The translations under genes were made by a program, and so were the position numbers. From Phycisphaerae bacterium (lineage in GTDB: Bacteria; Planctomycetota; Phycisphaerae; UBA1845): a stretch of DNA of 64,000 nucleotides. The stretch's first letter is position 1, and every line of letters starts with the position of its first letter. Shown one piece after another: positions 10,215-24,887 of this stretch. Below the pieces are notes generated by a model, which was not told the origin of the DNA, made no database searches, and saw only the letters and a list, made by a program, of their open reading frames with translations. Where the stretch lies: positions 1,952,001 through 2,016,000 of the forward strand of contig CAXXGO010000006.1 in the NCBI GenBank assembly GCA_963666835.2. Reading direction: 5' to 3'.

Positions 10215-11393
10215 ATGCGCAGTTTCTTTCAAGCCGTATTCCTTGCCATAACGTTGGTCGGAGTGTTCGTAGTCCAGGGCAACGCCGAACGCTGGTGCCC
10301 CTTCGGGGGAGTGGAAGCCCTGTACACGTACATTGCGGAAGGGAACATGACCTGTTCCCTGGCCGTGTCGAACTTTTATATTCTGGCGGCGGTTCTGGCG
10401 ATCACTCTGCTCCTGCGGCGGGCTTTCTGCGGATACATGTGCCCGATCGGGACTATATCCGATTGGCTCGGGCGTGGTGCGGCCGCGGTGGGGCTCAAAC
10501 CGCGAACGGTAAGGCCGGGCCTCGACAAGTGGCTGGGATTGCTCAAATACGCCGTGTTGTTCGTGGTCTTGTTCCTGACGTATCGAGCGTCGGAACTGAT
10601 CTTCAGGGGGTTCGACCCGTGTTATGCGCTGATTAGCCGGCATGGTGAGGACATCACGAAGTGGGCTTATGTGATTGCCGGGGCGATCGTGGTGGGGTCG
10701 CTTGTGGTGACGATGCCGTTTTGTCGGTGGCTCTGTCCGCTGGCCGCGGTGCTCAGCCCGTTCTCACGGTTCGGGCTGGTGCGGGTACGCCGTGATGCGG
10801 AAGCGTGCGTGGATTGTGGCAAATGCTCCGCCGCGTGCCCGATGGGAATCCCCGTGGATAGTGTCAAGGAAGTGACACAAGCCCGGTGTATGTCGTGTTT
10901 GGACTGCGTGGACGTCTGTCCACGCCGGGATGAAGGGGCGGTTACGTGGGGGCCGCCGAAGCGGTGGGGGAAACCGTGGTCCAAGGCGGCGCTGGCCGCC
11001 ATTCTGGTGGTCTGTACGACGGTGGCGGTGGTGGCGAGCTACGCCTTCCCGCTGCCTTCGTTTATCAAGACCCGGGGGACGGAACCGGCCGACACGGCGG
11101 TTGTGATGCTGAACGTGGAAGGAGTGACCTGTCGCGGTTCGTCGAATCTTCTGGTTTATTACCTCGAGCGCGACGACGTGTTCGCTCTGGTGGGGTACTT
11201 GAAGGTGGAGGCATGGCCTGGTCCGGGGTATGCTCCCGTTCACGTTACGTTCGACCCGTCGAGGTGCGATGAGGACATGATTCGACAGGCCGTCACGGAG
11301 CCGTACTACGACGCGCTGGCGGATGTCTGGCGCCCGTCACCGTTTGTTATCGCGGGATATGACGCGCTGGGATTGGATGACGACGGTTCTTGA
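10215..11393 (+). CDS. Membrane 4Fe-4S binding protein (NapH/YccM-like) with an HMA-like C-terminal domain
   Basis: WCPFGG, FCGYMCPIG, FCRWLCPL; two ferredoxin motifs (CVDCGKC..CP, CMSCLDC..CP); VEGVTCRGS after a further TM. Confidence 0.88.
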   Translation: MRSFFQAVFLAITLVGVFVVQGNAERWCPFGGVEALYTYIAEGNMTCSLAVSNFYILAAVLAITLLLRRAFCGYMCPIGTISDWLGRGAAAVGLKPRTVRPGLDKWLGLLKYAVLFVVLFLTYRASELIFRGFDPCYALISRHGEDITKWAYVIAGAIVVGSLVVTMPFCRWLCPLAAVLSPFSRFGLVRVRRDAEACVDCGKCSAACPMGIPVDSVKEVTQARCMSCLDCVDVCPRRDEGAVTWGPPKRWGKPWSKAALAAILVVCTTVAVVASYAFPLPSFIKTRGTEPADTAVVMLNVEGVTCRGSSNLLVYYLERDDVFALVGYLKVEAWPGPGYAPVHVTFDPSRCDEDMIRQAVTEPYYDALADVWRPSPFVIAGYDALGLDDDGS

Positions 11394-11943
11394 GCGGTTT
11401 GACTCGTCCGGGTACAATGACGAATCCGAGGCGTGTCAAGTGGATGATCCCGATCAGAAACCGCAGCCGCAACTGCGAAAGGCCGGGCGAATCAAGGACG
11501 CTCGTGGGCGGACGGTAACGCAAGTCGACCCGGTAGCGCTTAGCCTGTTGCGTCAATACGATACTATCGACGCCGACGCGCTCGCCGATATCACCAACGA
11601 GCCCGGCGTTGGAATCACCCGGTGGGAGCGCGCCGCACTGCTCGTCGGCGTCTGCGGGGCGGTGCTCGTAATAGGCTTGTTCGCGCACGCGCTGATTACC
11701 GGCGGTATAAACAACGCTCGATACGCCAAGTCGGTCGGCTTCATCTACCTTTGTTCGCTCCCGTGGATCATCTGGTTTGGCATCAAACGGAAACGCTTCG
11801 GCCATGTCGCGGCCGCAATGCTGCGTCACGTTCGATGCCCCCACTGTGGCTATGACATCCGCGAGCTTCCGGTTGACCCGTCCGACGGGGCGACGGTTTG
11901 TCCGGAGTGTGGGTGCGCTTGGAAGCTAAGGGATGTCCGATAA
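11377..11943 (+). CDS. Hypothetical two-TM protein with a C-terminal Zn ribbon (start uncertain)
   Basis: Two hydrophobic segments followed by CPHCGYD...CPECG. Confidence 0.7.
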   Translation: MTTVLERFDSSGYNDESEACQVDDPDQKPQPQLRKAGRIKDARGRTVTQVDPVALSLLRQYDTIDADALADITNEPGVGITRWERAALLVGVCGAVLVIGLFAHALITGGINNARYAKSVGFIYLCSLPWIIWFGIKRKRFGHVAAAMLRHVRCPHCGYDIRELPVDPSDGATVCPECGCAWKLRDVR

Positions 11944-12170
11944 CCCGCTCCGGGTGTTGGACGGGCCACTTCCGGGGCGCATGAACCGCGGTAGCTTGGG
12001 CCGAGGTTTGTGGGTCGCGTTCATTTCGGACCGTTCGGCAAAGATGGCGGGGCAAGTTTGCCTTGCTTGCCGACGCGGTCTTTAATACGTTCGGAGTGGG
12101 AGCGCGGGCGAGGTTCATTCACGACCGGCCGAACATATCGGGCTCGGCGCTCCTGCGAGGAGGGAAGAGG

Positions 12171-13058
12171 ATGCTGGCCGACAACATTATCGATTTGATC
12201 GGGAACACGCCGCTGCTGCGCATGAACGGGGAGCGGATCTTCGCCAAGGGTGAGTTTCTCAACCCGGGGGGCAGTATTAAGGATCGGGTGGCCATCGCCA
12301 TGCTCGAAGGAGCGGAACGCGACGGGCGGCTCAACCGCGATTCGATCATTGTGGAACCCACTTCCGGGAATACGGGAATCGGGGTGGCACTGATTGGTCG
12401 GATGAAGGGCTATCAGGTTCGGATTGTCATGCCGGAGGGGATGAGTGTCGAGCGGAAGAAGCTGATAAGGGCCACCGGCGCGGAGCTGATTCTGACTCCG
12501 GATGAGGAGAGTATCGGCGGGGCGGTGGAAGTAGTCCGGAAGTTGGCGGCGGCGGATCCGCGGGTCTTCGTTCCGCAGCAGTTCGAGAACCCCGATAATC
12601 CCAGGGCTCATTATGAGAACACCGGTCCGGAGATCTGGCATCAGATTCGCGGTAATGTGGACTGTTTCGTAGCCGGGGTCGGTAGCGGCGGGACCTTGCA
12701 GGGCGTGGGCAAGTTCCTGAAGGAGCACAATCCGCAGATCAGGATCGTGGCGGTTGAACCGAAGAACGTGTCGGCTCTACTCGGGCACGAGCCGGGCCTT
12801 CACCAGATTCAGGGCATCGGCGATGGTTTCGTTCCCGCGATCCTGGACGTTTCTCTGGTTGACGAGGTTATCGAGGTGACCGATGAAGACGCGATCGAGA
12901 CCACCCGGCAACTCGGGCGGGACTGCGGCTTGCTCGTCGGGATTTCCTCCGGGGCGAACGTCTGGGCCGCCCGCCAATTGGCTAAGCGCAACATCGGCAA
13001 CATCGTCACGGTACTTCCGGACCGGGCGGAGCGTTACTTCAGTACCGCTTTGCTGTAG
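12171..13058 (+). CDS. cysK: Cysteine synthase A
   Basis: IGNTPL, NPGGSIKDR (PLP lysine), EPTSGNTG, QQFENP, GVGSGGT, IQGIG, GISSGA. Confidence 0.95.
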   Translation: MLADNIIDLIGNTPLLRMNGERIFAKGEFLNPGGSIKDRVAIAMLEGAERDGRLNRDSIIVEPTSGNTGIGVALIGRMKGYQVRIVMPEGMSVERKKLIRATGAELILTPDEESIGGAVEVVRKLAAADPRVFVPQQFENPDNPRAHYENTGPEIWHQIRGNVDCFVAGVGSGGTLQGVGKFLKEHNPQIRIVAVEPKNVSALLGHEPGLHQIQGIGDGFVPAILDVSLVDEVIEVTDEDAIETTRQLGRDCGLLVGISSGANVWAARQLAKRNIGNIVTVLPDRAERYFSTALL

Positions 13059-13075
13059 AGGCTCTACCGGGGCGG

Positions 13076-15709
13076 TCACGACGTCGCCGAGGGCGCTGGT
13101 GCGGCGTCGGCTGATACAGGCTTAGGTGTGTCGGCCAGGCTCTTCGCCAGCTCCGCGAATTCCTTCTCCCGGGTCAAGAACGCTTCTACAACTGTGGGGT
13201 CGAACTGGGTGCCGGATCCCTCCAGGATGATGGCCACGGATTTATCGTGGGTGAAGGCATCTTTGTAGACCCGCTTGGTGGTTAACGCGTCATACACGTC
13301 CGCGAGGGCGGTGATTCGGGCCGCCAGGGGAATGTCCTCGCCGCTGATTCCCTTGGGGTAGCCCGTGCCATCATACCACTCGTGATGATAATGAGCGATA
13401 TCCGCGGCCATTACTAAGAAATCTACTCCGGGCGTACGTTCGATCAATGACTGGAGCGTGTCAGCTCCGGCGGTGGTGTGCGTCTGCATGACGGCAGTTT
13501 GGTCGGGGGACAGTCTTCCCGGGTGCAGGAGGATATGATCGGGAATCGCGACCTTGCCGATGTCGTGCAGAGGCGCGCTGCGGAGAATGTTGTGCATGAA
13601 GGCGTCGTCGATGGTGTCTCGATACTTCTTCGTCGCCCGGAGGGTGTCGGCGAGCATGTGACAGTACATCGTCACTCGATCGACGTGCAGGCCGGTATCG
13701 CGATCGCGGTGCTCGGCCAGTCGGGCGAGGGCCACCATGATCGAATCAGAAGCCTGATCGTGTGCTTCCCGGCCGTAGATGTCGTGAATGGCAGTGGCGG
13801 CGACTTTCGCAATAAGCTCGACGTATTCGAGTTGATGCGGCTCGAATGGCTCGTTCCCGATTCGGTCGGTTACGTTCAGGACTCCCAGGATCTTGTTGGA
13901 GGCATTGAGCGGGGTGGATATCAGAGGGACGCTGGCGAAGAACGGGGACTTGTAGTCCCTGACGTTAGACTGAAGCTCCGCATCCGTGTTTATAACGAAG
14001 GACTCTCCGGATGCGAAGACCCGCCCGGCGATGGGCTCGCCCAGGGGCACCTCGACGCCCTGTATGGTTTCCTGATTGGCTCCAAGGGATCGGCGGACCG
14101 CCAGGCGGTTACCTTCCGGGTTTGGCAGCATTATGGAGATGCGGCGGCTTTGCAGTACCTCCGCCGCAGCGTTTACGGTATGCTCCAACACCTCATCCAA
14201 TTGATGACTCGCCCCGATGGCACGACAATACTCGACCAAGCAGGCGAGAATTCGAACATGCTCCCCGCGCACACGGTAACTCTCCAAGAGGTTCTGGCGC
14301 TCGCGATGGAGCCCGGCCATCGATCGGACGCGCATCAGTAGCTCCGCGGTGCGAATCGGTTTAGTGAGATACTCGTCGGCTCCGGCCTCGAGTCCGGCGA
14401 GCACGTCATCACCTTTCGATCGGGCGCTCAGGACGATAATGGGGATGTCGCGAGTGTCGGCGCGGGCTTTCAGCCGGCGAGTGCACTCCAGACCGTCCAT
14501 GTCAGGCATTACGACGTCCATGATGATAACATCGGGCAGCGCGGTGTTGACTTTATCGAGCGCGGAATACCCATTGACAGCTTGTTCGACACGATAGCCG
14601 GCCTTCTCAAGGCAGCCGCGGCAGACCGCGCGATTGGTCGGTTCGTCGTCGACGACGAGTACCGAGACGCGGGCGTCCCGGTTCTTGCTTGGCGGGGGGG
14701 GCTCGGGAACGTCCGGGACGGCCTTGGTCGGCGGCTTACTTTCTGAGTCGGACTCCTGGTTTTCAAAGACCATGTTTCGACCGGCCCGCTTGGCCACGTA
14801 CAGAGCGCCATCGGCTCGGCCGAGAACGTCGCCCCATGATCCCGACGCGCCGGTGGATACGCCAAGGCTGATGGTGACTCGATCGCCGCTGGGACTGGCC
14901 GGGTGGGGGATAGCGAGGTTCCAGATGGATTGCCGGACGCGCTCGGCCAGGTTGATCGCCGCTTCAGAATCCGTATCCGGGGCCAGGATTACGAATTCCT
15001 CTCCGCCGTATCGTCCTACGACATCAATGCGCCGGCAAGCGGAGACGATCGCCTCGGCGATTTGCCGTAGACAATCGTCGCCTGCCTGATGCCCCTGAGA
15101 GTCATTGAAGGTCTTGAAGTGATCCACGTCGACCATGATTATGCTGTACGGAAAGTGATGGCGCTGGAAGCGTTCGTGTTCTTCCACGGCGGCCTCTTCC
15201 CAGGTACGCCGGTTGAACAGTTTGGTGAGCGGGTCAAGCCGGCTCAACATCGCTAGCTCGGTGTTGGTCTCGGCGAGCTGCCGGGCGAGCGCCTCCATTT
15301 CCTTGCTTCTCTCGCGAAGCTCCTCCTCGGCCTGGCGTAGCTTGATGTGCGCGGAGACCCGGGCGAGGACTTCCTGCGGTCGGAACGGTTTGGTGACGTA
15401 GTCGCATCCCCCCGCGTCGAAAGCCTTAACGATTTCGCCGGCGTCGGTTACGGCGGTGACGAAGATTATGGGGATTGTGGCGGTCTTGCGTTTCGATTTC
15501 AGGATACGGCACGTTTCCAATCCGTCTCGCCCCGGCATCATGACGTCCAGCAGCAGAAGATCCGGACTATGTTCATTGGCGACATCCACCGCTTGATAGC
15601 CGTCCTCGGCGGCAAGGGCCGCGTATCCGGCCTTCTCCATTGTCCGCGTGAGGATCAGGCGATTGGTGGCATTGTCGTCAACGACAAGGATCGTCGGAGG
15701 ATCGGTCAT
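13076..15709 (-). CDS. Response regulator with REC-GGDEF-REC-GAF-HD-GYP architecture (bifunctional c-di-GMP enzyme)
   Basis: Two REC domains (VDD..LLDVMMP..KP; VDD..IMDVVMP..KP); RRID-x5-GGEEF; LHDIGK; HHEWYDGTGYP. Confidence 0.93.
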   Translation of the reverse strand: MTDPPTILVVDDNATNRLILTRTMEKAGYAALAAEDGYQAVDVANEHSPDLLLLDVMMPGRDGLETCRILKSKRKTATIPIIFVTAVTDAGEIVKAFDAGGCDYVTKPFRPQEVLARVSAHIKLRQAEEELRERSKEMEALARQLAETNTELAMLSRLDPLTKLFNRRTWEEAAVEEHERFQRHHFPYSIIMVDVDHFKTFNDSQGHQAGDDCLRQIAEAIVSACRRIDVVGRYGGEEFVILAPDTDSEAAINLAERVRQSIWNLAIPHPASPSGDRVTISLGVSTGASGSWGDVLGRADGALYVAKRAGRNMVFENQESDSESKPPTKAVPDVPEPPPPSKNRDARVSVLVVDDEPTNRAVCRGCLEKAGYRVEQAVNGYSALDKVNTALPDVIIMDVVMPDMDGLECTRRLKARADTRDIPIIVLSARSKGDDVLAGLEAGADEYLTKPIRTAELLMRVRSMAGLHRERQNLLESYRVRGEHVRILACLVEYCRAIGASHQLDEVLEHTVNAAAEVLQSRRISIMLPNPEGNRLAVRRSLGANQETIQGVEVPLGEPIAGRVFASGESFVINTDAELQSNVRDYKSPFFASVPLISTPLNASNKILGVLNVTDRIGNEPFEPHQLEYVELIAKVAATAIHDIYGREAHDQASDSIMVALARLAEHRDRDTGLHVDRVTMYCHMLADTLRATKKYRDTIDDAFMHNILRSAPLHDIGKVAIPDHILLHPGRLSPDQTAVMQTHTTAGADTLQSLIERTPGVDFLVMAADIAHYHHEWYDGTGYPKGISGEDIPLAARITALADVYDALTTKRVYKDAFTHDKSVAIILEGSGTQFDPTVVEAFLTREKEFAELAKSLADTPKPVSADAAPAPSATS

Positions 15710-15718
15710 AGTCGTTTC

Positions 15719-18304
15719 TCACCCGTTCAGGAGGGAGGCTGCGTGTTTCTCGAGTCCTGCAAGATCCTCGCGGAGTCTCATGAGCAGCGACGGCGCGTCG
15801 CTCAATTGACCATCACGTCCGATTTCCTCCAACCGGCAAGCTGTTTGTGAGGTCTGGGTGGCACAAATGTTGGCCGAGGCGCCTTTCAGACCGTGGGCGG
15901 CGACCCGCAACGCATCAGCGTTAGCGTCAGCGATGGCCGCTTCAAGATCGCCCAAGATCGACGGAATGCCCTGGAGAAACGTTTCCAGGACTTCCTCGAA
16001 CAGTTCGCGATCTCCGCCGAGGCGGTGCAGTGCCTCCGCGGAGTCGATTGGCTCACGAATCTGTGTCATGTTAGCTCCTTCTCGGTACGTGTTACCCTCG
16101 GGAGTCCGGTTCCGATTAGCGGCAACCTCTGCGGGTATAGCTCGCTTGCGCGCGACTGGTCGAGGGTCGTTGCCGCTGACGATCCGGGAGTCTTGTGTGC
16201 CCTTCGGGGAACTTGCTATGTCCGGGGCCGAGTTACCTTCAGGTTCTTCAGCGATACCGAAGCTCAATCGGAAGTGAAAAGTGCTGCCGTGGCCCAGCTC
16301 GCTTTCAACCCAGATCTCTCCACCCATGGCCTCGACGATCTGTTTGGAGATGGTCAACCCCAGGCCGGTACCGCCGAACTTGCGCGTGGCGGCCTCGTCA
16401 ACTTGGGTGAAGCTTTCGAAGATATGCTCTCTTTGTTCGGCAGGCAGACCGATGCCGGTGTCGCGCACGAAGAAGTGTAGTTCCACCCGGTTGGACTGGC
16501 GTTTCTCAACGGAAGCTCCTGCAACGACCTCGCCTGTTTCAGTGAACTTGACGGCATTGCCGGTCATATTGATGAGGACTTGACGAAGGCGTACGGGGTC
16601 ACCGTGGAGTGCGGTCGGGACCTCGGGGTTGACTTCGAAGATCAAATCGATGTTCTTCTCCGCGGCGCGGTGATGCAACAGGTGTTCCACATGCTCAAAC
16701 ACCGTCAGGAGATCGAAGTCGACGGCCTCCAGTTCCAGGCGGCCCGCTTCGATCTTCGAGAAGTCGAGGATGTCGTTCAAGATGCTCAGCAGGGAGTTTG
16801 AACAGCTCAGCACATCGTTCATGTAACCACGCTGTTCCTCCGAGAGGTCGGAGTCGAGAGCCAGCTCCGTCAGGCCGATGATGCCGTTCAGGGGCGTGCG
16901 GATTTCATGGCTCATATTGGCCAGGAAACCGCTCTTGGCCTTAGCAGCCGCTTCGGCCCTATGCATTGCATCGCGGAGTTCGGCTTCAGTACGTTTGCGC
17001 TCGGTAATATCGCGGATTGCAACGATGCGCCATTCGTGGTCACCAAAGACACAGGTCCTGCCGACCACCTCTGCCCGAACGAAGGTGCCGTCGGCTCGAA
17101 CGATGTTGATCTCGTAGGGTTGGGCGTGCCTTTGGCGAATATGCTCCCGCACCAGATTATGGTGTTGGGGAGCGACGACATCCAGCACGTTTCTTCCGAT
17201 CAACTGCTGAGCGTCATAGCCAAGCATTTCGTACGCCGATCGGTTCGCGTCGAGGATGTGTTGTCCATCGTGAACGAGGATTCCTTCGAGCGTCGCTTCA
17301 GCCAATCGTCGGAAACGCTCTTCACTCTCCTTAAGGTCTTCTTGGGCGGCTTGGCGACCGGCAATCTCGCGTTGGAGATTGGCGTTGCTGTTCGCCAACT
17401 CGGCGGTTCGTAGTTCAACTTGTTGTTCGAGATACTCGTGGGCGTTTTGAACCTTTTCCGCGAGTCGGTTGAAGCTTCTGGCGAGAGTGCTGATCTCGTC
17501 GGACCCGCGCGTATCGACGGGGGCAAAGTGGGCTCCATCGGGATCGGCGGCCACCTGCTCGAAGTGCGCGGCGATTCCGGCGAGGCGACGCGATACAACT
17601 GCCCGAAAGACCACGGTGATTGCCGCGACCATTACGATCAAGCCTATCACGACAAAAGCGGATTGCCGGATAGTGTCGGCTGCCACGGTGGCGTAGGCCC
17701 GATCTAACGGGATTGCGATGGTATCCAACGCAATGACGTCACCAACCGGGCGATGGAACCCGCTTTGACTGCCATACTGCGCCAGCAGCGAATCGGGAGC
17801 GTCCTCGGGAACGCCGTGGCATTCGAGACAGCTTTCCTTCATACGCCGGGCACTGAAGTGGGCCAGGTACCTCCGGCCGTCTAAGTCGATCGGCCCGGTC
17901 CAGCGATCCTCGTCGCGATTGTGGTTGAAGTACTCGATCATCCGCAATTCGTCGGGGCTGGCGAGATTGGCGGGGTTCCGCGGGTCATCGGATGAGAACT
18001 TGATGATGTAATCCGGGAATTCGTGGCGGACGTTCTCGAAGATGCTGCGGGCCGCGAACGATGTCGACATGCATTCCGGAATGAAGGTATGTTCGGGCGT
18101 CAGTTCCGCAACCACGGGGCGGACCTTCTCGCCCATGTATTTGCGAATAGCCAGATCGAACTCGAGGGCCAAAGTGGCCTGTTGATTTACGAGGCTGGTG
18201 ATGTGCTCTTGCGTGGCGGTATGCACCTCGAATAACACCAAAGCCGAAACCAGTGCGGCGAAGGCGAAAACCGGAAGCAGAAACTTGGCGGCGATGCCTT
18301 TCAT
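15719..18304 (-). CDS. Sensor histidine kinase: DUF3365-like heme c domain, HAMP, PAS, HisKA, HATPase, HPt
   Basis: Periplasmic CLECHG between two TMs; [42 protein letters not shown]. Confidence 0.92.
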   Translation of the reverse strand: MKGIAAKFLLPVFAFAALVSALVLFEVHTATQEHITSLVNQQATLALEFDLAIRKYMGEKVRPVVAELTPEHTFIPECMSTSFAARSIFENVRHEFPDYIIKFSSDDPRNPANLASPDELRMIEYFNHNRDEDRWTGPIDLDGRRYLAHFSARRMKESCLECHGVPEDAPDSLLAQYGSQSGFHRPVGDVIALDTIAIPLDRAYATVAADTIRQSAFVVIGLIVMVAAITVVFRAVVSRRLAGIAAHFEQVAADPDGAHFAPVDTRGSDEISTLARSFNRLAEKVQNAHEYLEQQVELRTAELANSNANLQREIAGRQAAQEDLKESEERFRRLAEATLEGILVHDGQHILDANRSAYEMLGYDAQQLIGRNVLDVVAPQHHNLVREHIRQRHAQPYEINIVRADGTFVRAEVVGRTCVFGDHEWRIVAIRDITERKRTEAELRDAMHRAEAAAKAKSGFLANMSHEIRTPLNGIIGLTELALDSDLSEEQRGYMNDVLSCSNSLLSILNDILDFSKIEAGRLELEAVDFDLLTVFEHVEHLLHHRAAEKNIDLIFEVNPEVPTALHGDPVRLRQVLINMTGNAVKFTETGEVVAGASVEKRQSNRVELHFFVRDTGIGLPAEQREHIFESFTQVDEAATRKFGGTGLGLTISKQIVEAMGGEIWVESELGHGSTFHFRLSFGIAEEPEGNSAPDIASSPKGTQDSRIVSGNDPRPVARKRAIPAEVAANRNRTPEGNTYREGANMTQIREPIDSAEALHRLGGDRELFEEVLETFLQGIPSILGDLEAAIADANADALRVAAHGLKGASANICATQTSQTACRLEEIGRDGQLSDAPSLLMRLREDLAGLEKHAASLLNG

Positions 18305-18438
18305 CGGTCATCTCCCCCTGTTTTGATTGCCTCCGGTGGAGCGATGTTGCGGACCGGTCTTGATCCTCCCGGGTTGCGGGGGATGCTGATCGGTGGGCCG
18401 AATGACGGCACTGAGAATCGAGGGTCTGATTCCATCCG

Positions 18439-22431
<3,993 letters not shown>

Positions 22432-22691
22432 CCCAAGTTCCGCCGCGTCGCGCAGTCGATCCGTCTACGACCCACCCGTGCGGAACACAGGCACCGTTTC
22501 TTCAAAGCTGCAATATGCTGCTATCAATACTGATCGGCGATCTGGACGGGGGATTCAGTTAGAGTAGAGTGCGGGAAGAGCCAAGGAGGGCCCTCCGACG
22601 CTCGCCGGCGGGCGCATGAGTCGTGCGGCAGTGGTCTTTCCGAGCAAGCAGTTTCCGTCGAAGCGGCCCGGCGGCGGATTGGTTCCGATAA

Positions 22692-22707
22692 TGGCACTTG
22701 GTTTGCA
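22692..22707 (+). promoter_or_regulatory. Sigma54 (RpoN) -24/-12 promoter
   Basis: TGGCACTTGGTTTGCA has exact GG-N10-GC spacing and lies about 125 bp upstream of the ABC operon. Confidence 0.65.
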
Positions 22708-22833
22708 CCGACCGGGCTCTGCCGGCCGCAAGTAGGCGCCGCGTTGCGTTCCGCAAGGTCCGGAATATCGCGGATCGCGACCGGAATACCCTAACACGGT
22801 TTTGCTGTGGTCCGTGCCCGATAAGGGATCTCT

Positions 22834-23775
22834 ATGGCGGTCATTGTGTGTGATAACCTGTTCAAACGCTACGGTCGCTTGGTGGCGTTGCAGGGCATTA
22901 CCACGTCGATGGAGCCCGGCGTGGTTGGATTGCTGGGCCCTAATGGCGCGGGCAAGAGTACGTTAATCAGCGTGCTGTTGGGGCAGGCGCCGGCGTCCGG
23001 TGGGCGGGCCTCCGTCTTGGGGCATGACATCCGACGAGAGCAGCGGGCCATCCGGCGGCGGATCGGATTCATGCCCGAAGACGATTGCCTTATCGCGAAC
23101 CTGACCGGGACGGGCTACGTTTACTACGCCGGACGGCTGGCCGGGATGTCTCACGGGGACGCGATGCAGCGCACTCATGAGGTACTGGATTACGTGGCGC
23201 TCGGGGAGGCGAGGTATCGGCCCGCAGAGCAGTATTCCACCGGAATGAAACAACGGCTGAAGATGGCGCAAGCCTTAGTGCATGACCCGGACTTGATCTT
23301 CCTGGACGAGCCGACCAACGGTATGGACCCGCAAGGCCGGCAGAGCATGTTGTCGTTAATCGTCGATCTGGGCAGGGCGGGGGTGAGTGTGCTGCTTTCC
23401 AGCCACTTGCTTCCGGATGTCGAGAAGGTGTGCGAGCGGGTCGTGATCATGGGGGGCGGGGAGATCCTCAAGACCGGCCGCGTCGAGGAGATGAACAAGC
23501 CGCATCCCACCTTGTACAGCCTGGAAACCGAGGGCGGCGGCGAGGAACTTGTCCGGGGGCTGACCGAGCGACGGGTGGCGATCTTGAATCGTAATGACGG
23601 GATTATCGAAATAGAGCTGCCGGCCGCAGGCACCCAAGCGGTGGTGCTCGAGGCGGTTCGAAAGACCGGTGCCCACTTCCGCGGCCTGTATCCCAAGCGA
23701 AGTTCACTGGAGGAGATGTTCATGGCCGCGCTCCGGCGGCAGGGATCGGAAGCAGCAAAGGCGGCAGTGGCATGA
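22834..23775 (+). CDS. ABC transporter ATP-binding protein
   Basis: GPNGAGKS, YSTGMKQR, FLDEPT, SSH. Confidence 0.95.
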   Translation: MAVIVCDNLFKRYGRLVALQGITTSMEPGVVGLLGPNGAGKSTLISVLLGQAPASGGRASVLGHDIRREQRAIRRRIGFMPEDDCLIANLTGTGYVYYAGRLAGMSHGDAMQRTHEVLDYVALGEARYRPAEQYSTGMKQRLKMAQALVHDPDLIFLDEPTNGMDPQGRQSMLSLIVDLGRAGVSVLLSSHLLPDVEKVCERVVIMGGGEILKTGRVEEMNKPHPTLYSLETEGGGEELVRGLTERRVAILNRNDGIIEIELPAAGTQAVVLEAVRKTGAHFRGLYPKRSSLEEMFMAALRRQGSEAAKAAVA

Positions 23776-24818
23776 GCGACGGCGCAGTTTCCCTTTCGGC
23801 TCCGTTGTCCGGTCAAACGGTGGACAATGGCAATGGCTGCCGGTATCGGCGGTGGCCGGGGTCGTTGGCGTCAGGGCGGTGGACCTGGCTGTCAATCGTT
23901 CGGGCGGGGATTCGTCAGGGGATGCGCTCGAAGTTTGTTCAGCTCATGATCGTGCTGAGCGGGCTAATGGCGCTCGGTGGGGTGGTCGTCTTCTACGTGT
24001 TGAGCCTGCTGGAGGTTGCGGTCGGCACTCCTCAGGCGCGAGCGCTGCAGGAGTTCGTTCAGGCTTTCTTGCACGTAGATGTCCGGGGTGTGGAACGACT
24101 AAGTGAGATCCGCGAGCCGTTGTGGCGCTCGTATTTCATGGTGATGGCTCGGGGGCAACTGTTCTCGGTGCTTTTTATGGTCACCATGATTGGTCCGGGG
24201 CTGGTTTCCCGAGACTTGCGTACGCGGGCTCTGCCGATCTACTTTGCCAAGCCGGTTACGCCGCTGACTTACCTGACGGGTAAGTGGTTGATTGTGGCCT
24301 TCTTCGTGGCGACGGTGACGTTGTTTCCCAATCTGCTGACTTTGATAGCCGGGACGATCGTGACCGGCGGGCTGGCGACGTGGACGCAGACCCTGGGGCT
24401 GGGCATCGATGTGTGCGCGGCCGGGATGATGACGTGTCTGGTGAGTGGTGCCATCATTCTGGCCTTGTCCAGCATCACCTCGGACCACCGCTACGTGGCC
24501 ACCGGCTGGCTTGCAGTTTGTGCTATGTTGGCGATCGCCCAGGCGATTCTCGGCGAGGCTCTGTCGGCCGAAGCAATGCGCGGCTGGCCGGGCTGTCTGT
24601 CGATCGGGGAAGATGTGCTGGTCGTCAGCGAGTGGTTGTTTGGGATCCGCGAGGCGTGGCAGGGCTCGCAGTTGCCGACCGGAGCATTCCAGGATGTGCT
24701 CGTCAGCCCGGTGCGCGTGGGGTACGCGGCGACGGTGCTGGGTGGCTGGACGGCGGCGGGCTTATTCGTGTGTTTCCGACGGATTGTCAAGTTCTCTCGG
24801 GCGGCGGCGAGTGTGTGA
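23772..24818 (+). CDS. ABC-2 type permease
   Basis: Multi-TM; LVSRDLRTRALPIYFAKPVT..YLTGK loop; ATGA overlap with the ATPase gene. Confidence 0.85.
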   Translation: MSDGAVSLSAPLSGQTVDNGNGCRYRRWPGSLASGRWTWLSIVRAGIRQGMRSKFVQLMIVLSGLMALGGVVVFYVLSLLEVAVGTPQARALQEFVQAFLHVDVRGVERLSEIREPLWRSYFMVMARGQLFSVLFMVTMIGPGLVSRDLRTRALPIYFAKPVTPLTYLTGKWLIVAFFVATVTLFPNLLTLIAGTIVTGGLATWTQTLGLGIDVCAAGMMTCLVSGAIILALSSITSDHRYVATGWLAVCAMLAIAQAILGEALSAEAMRGWPGCLSIGEDVLVVSEWLFGIREAWQGSQLPTGAFQDVLVSPVRVGYAATVLGGWTAAGLFVCFRRIVKFSRAAASV

Positions 24819-24887
24819 TTGTGCCCGTACGACGGAATACAGTGACGCGCGTTTGGCGGCGTAGGTTCCGCAGTGTAGGAAGTGTCA

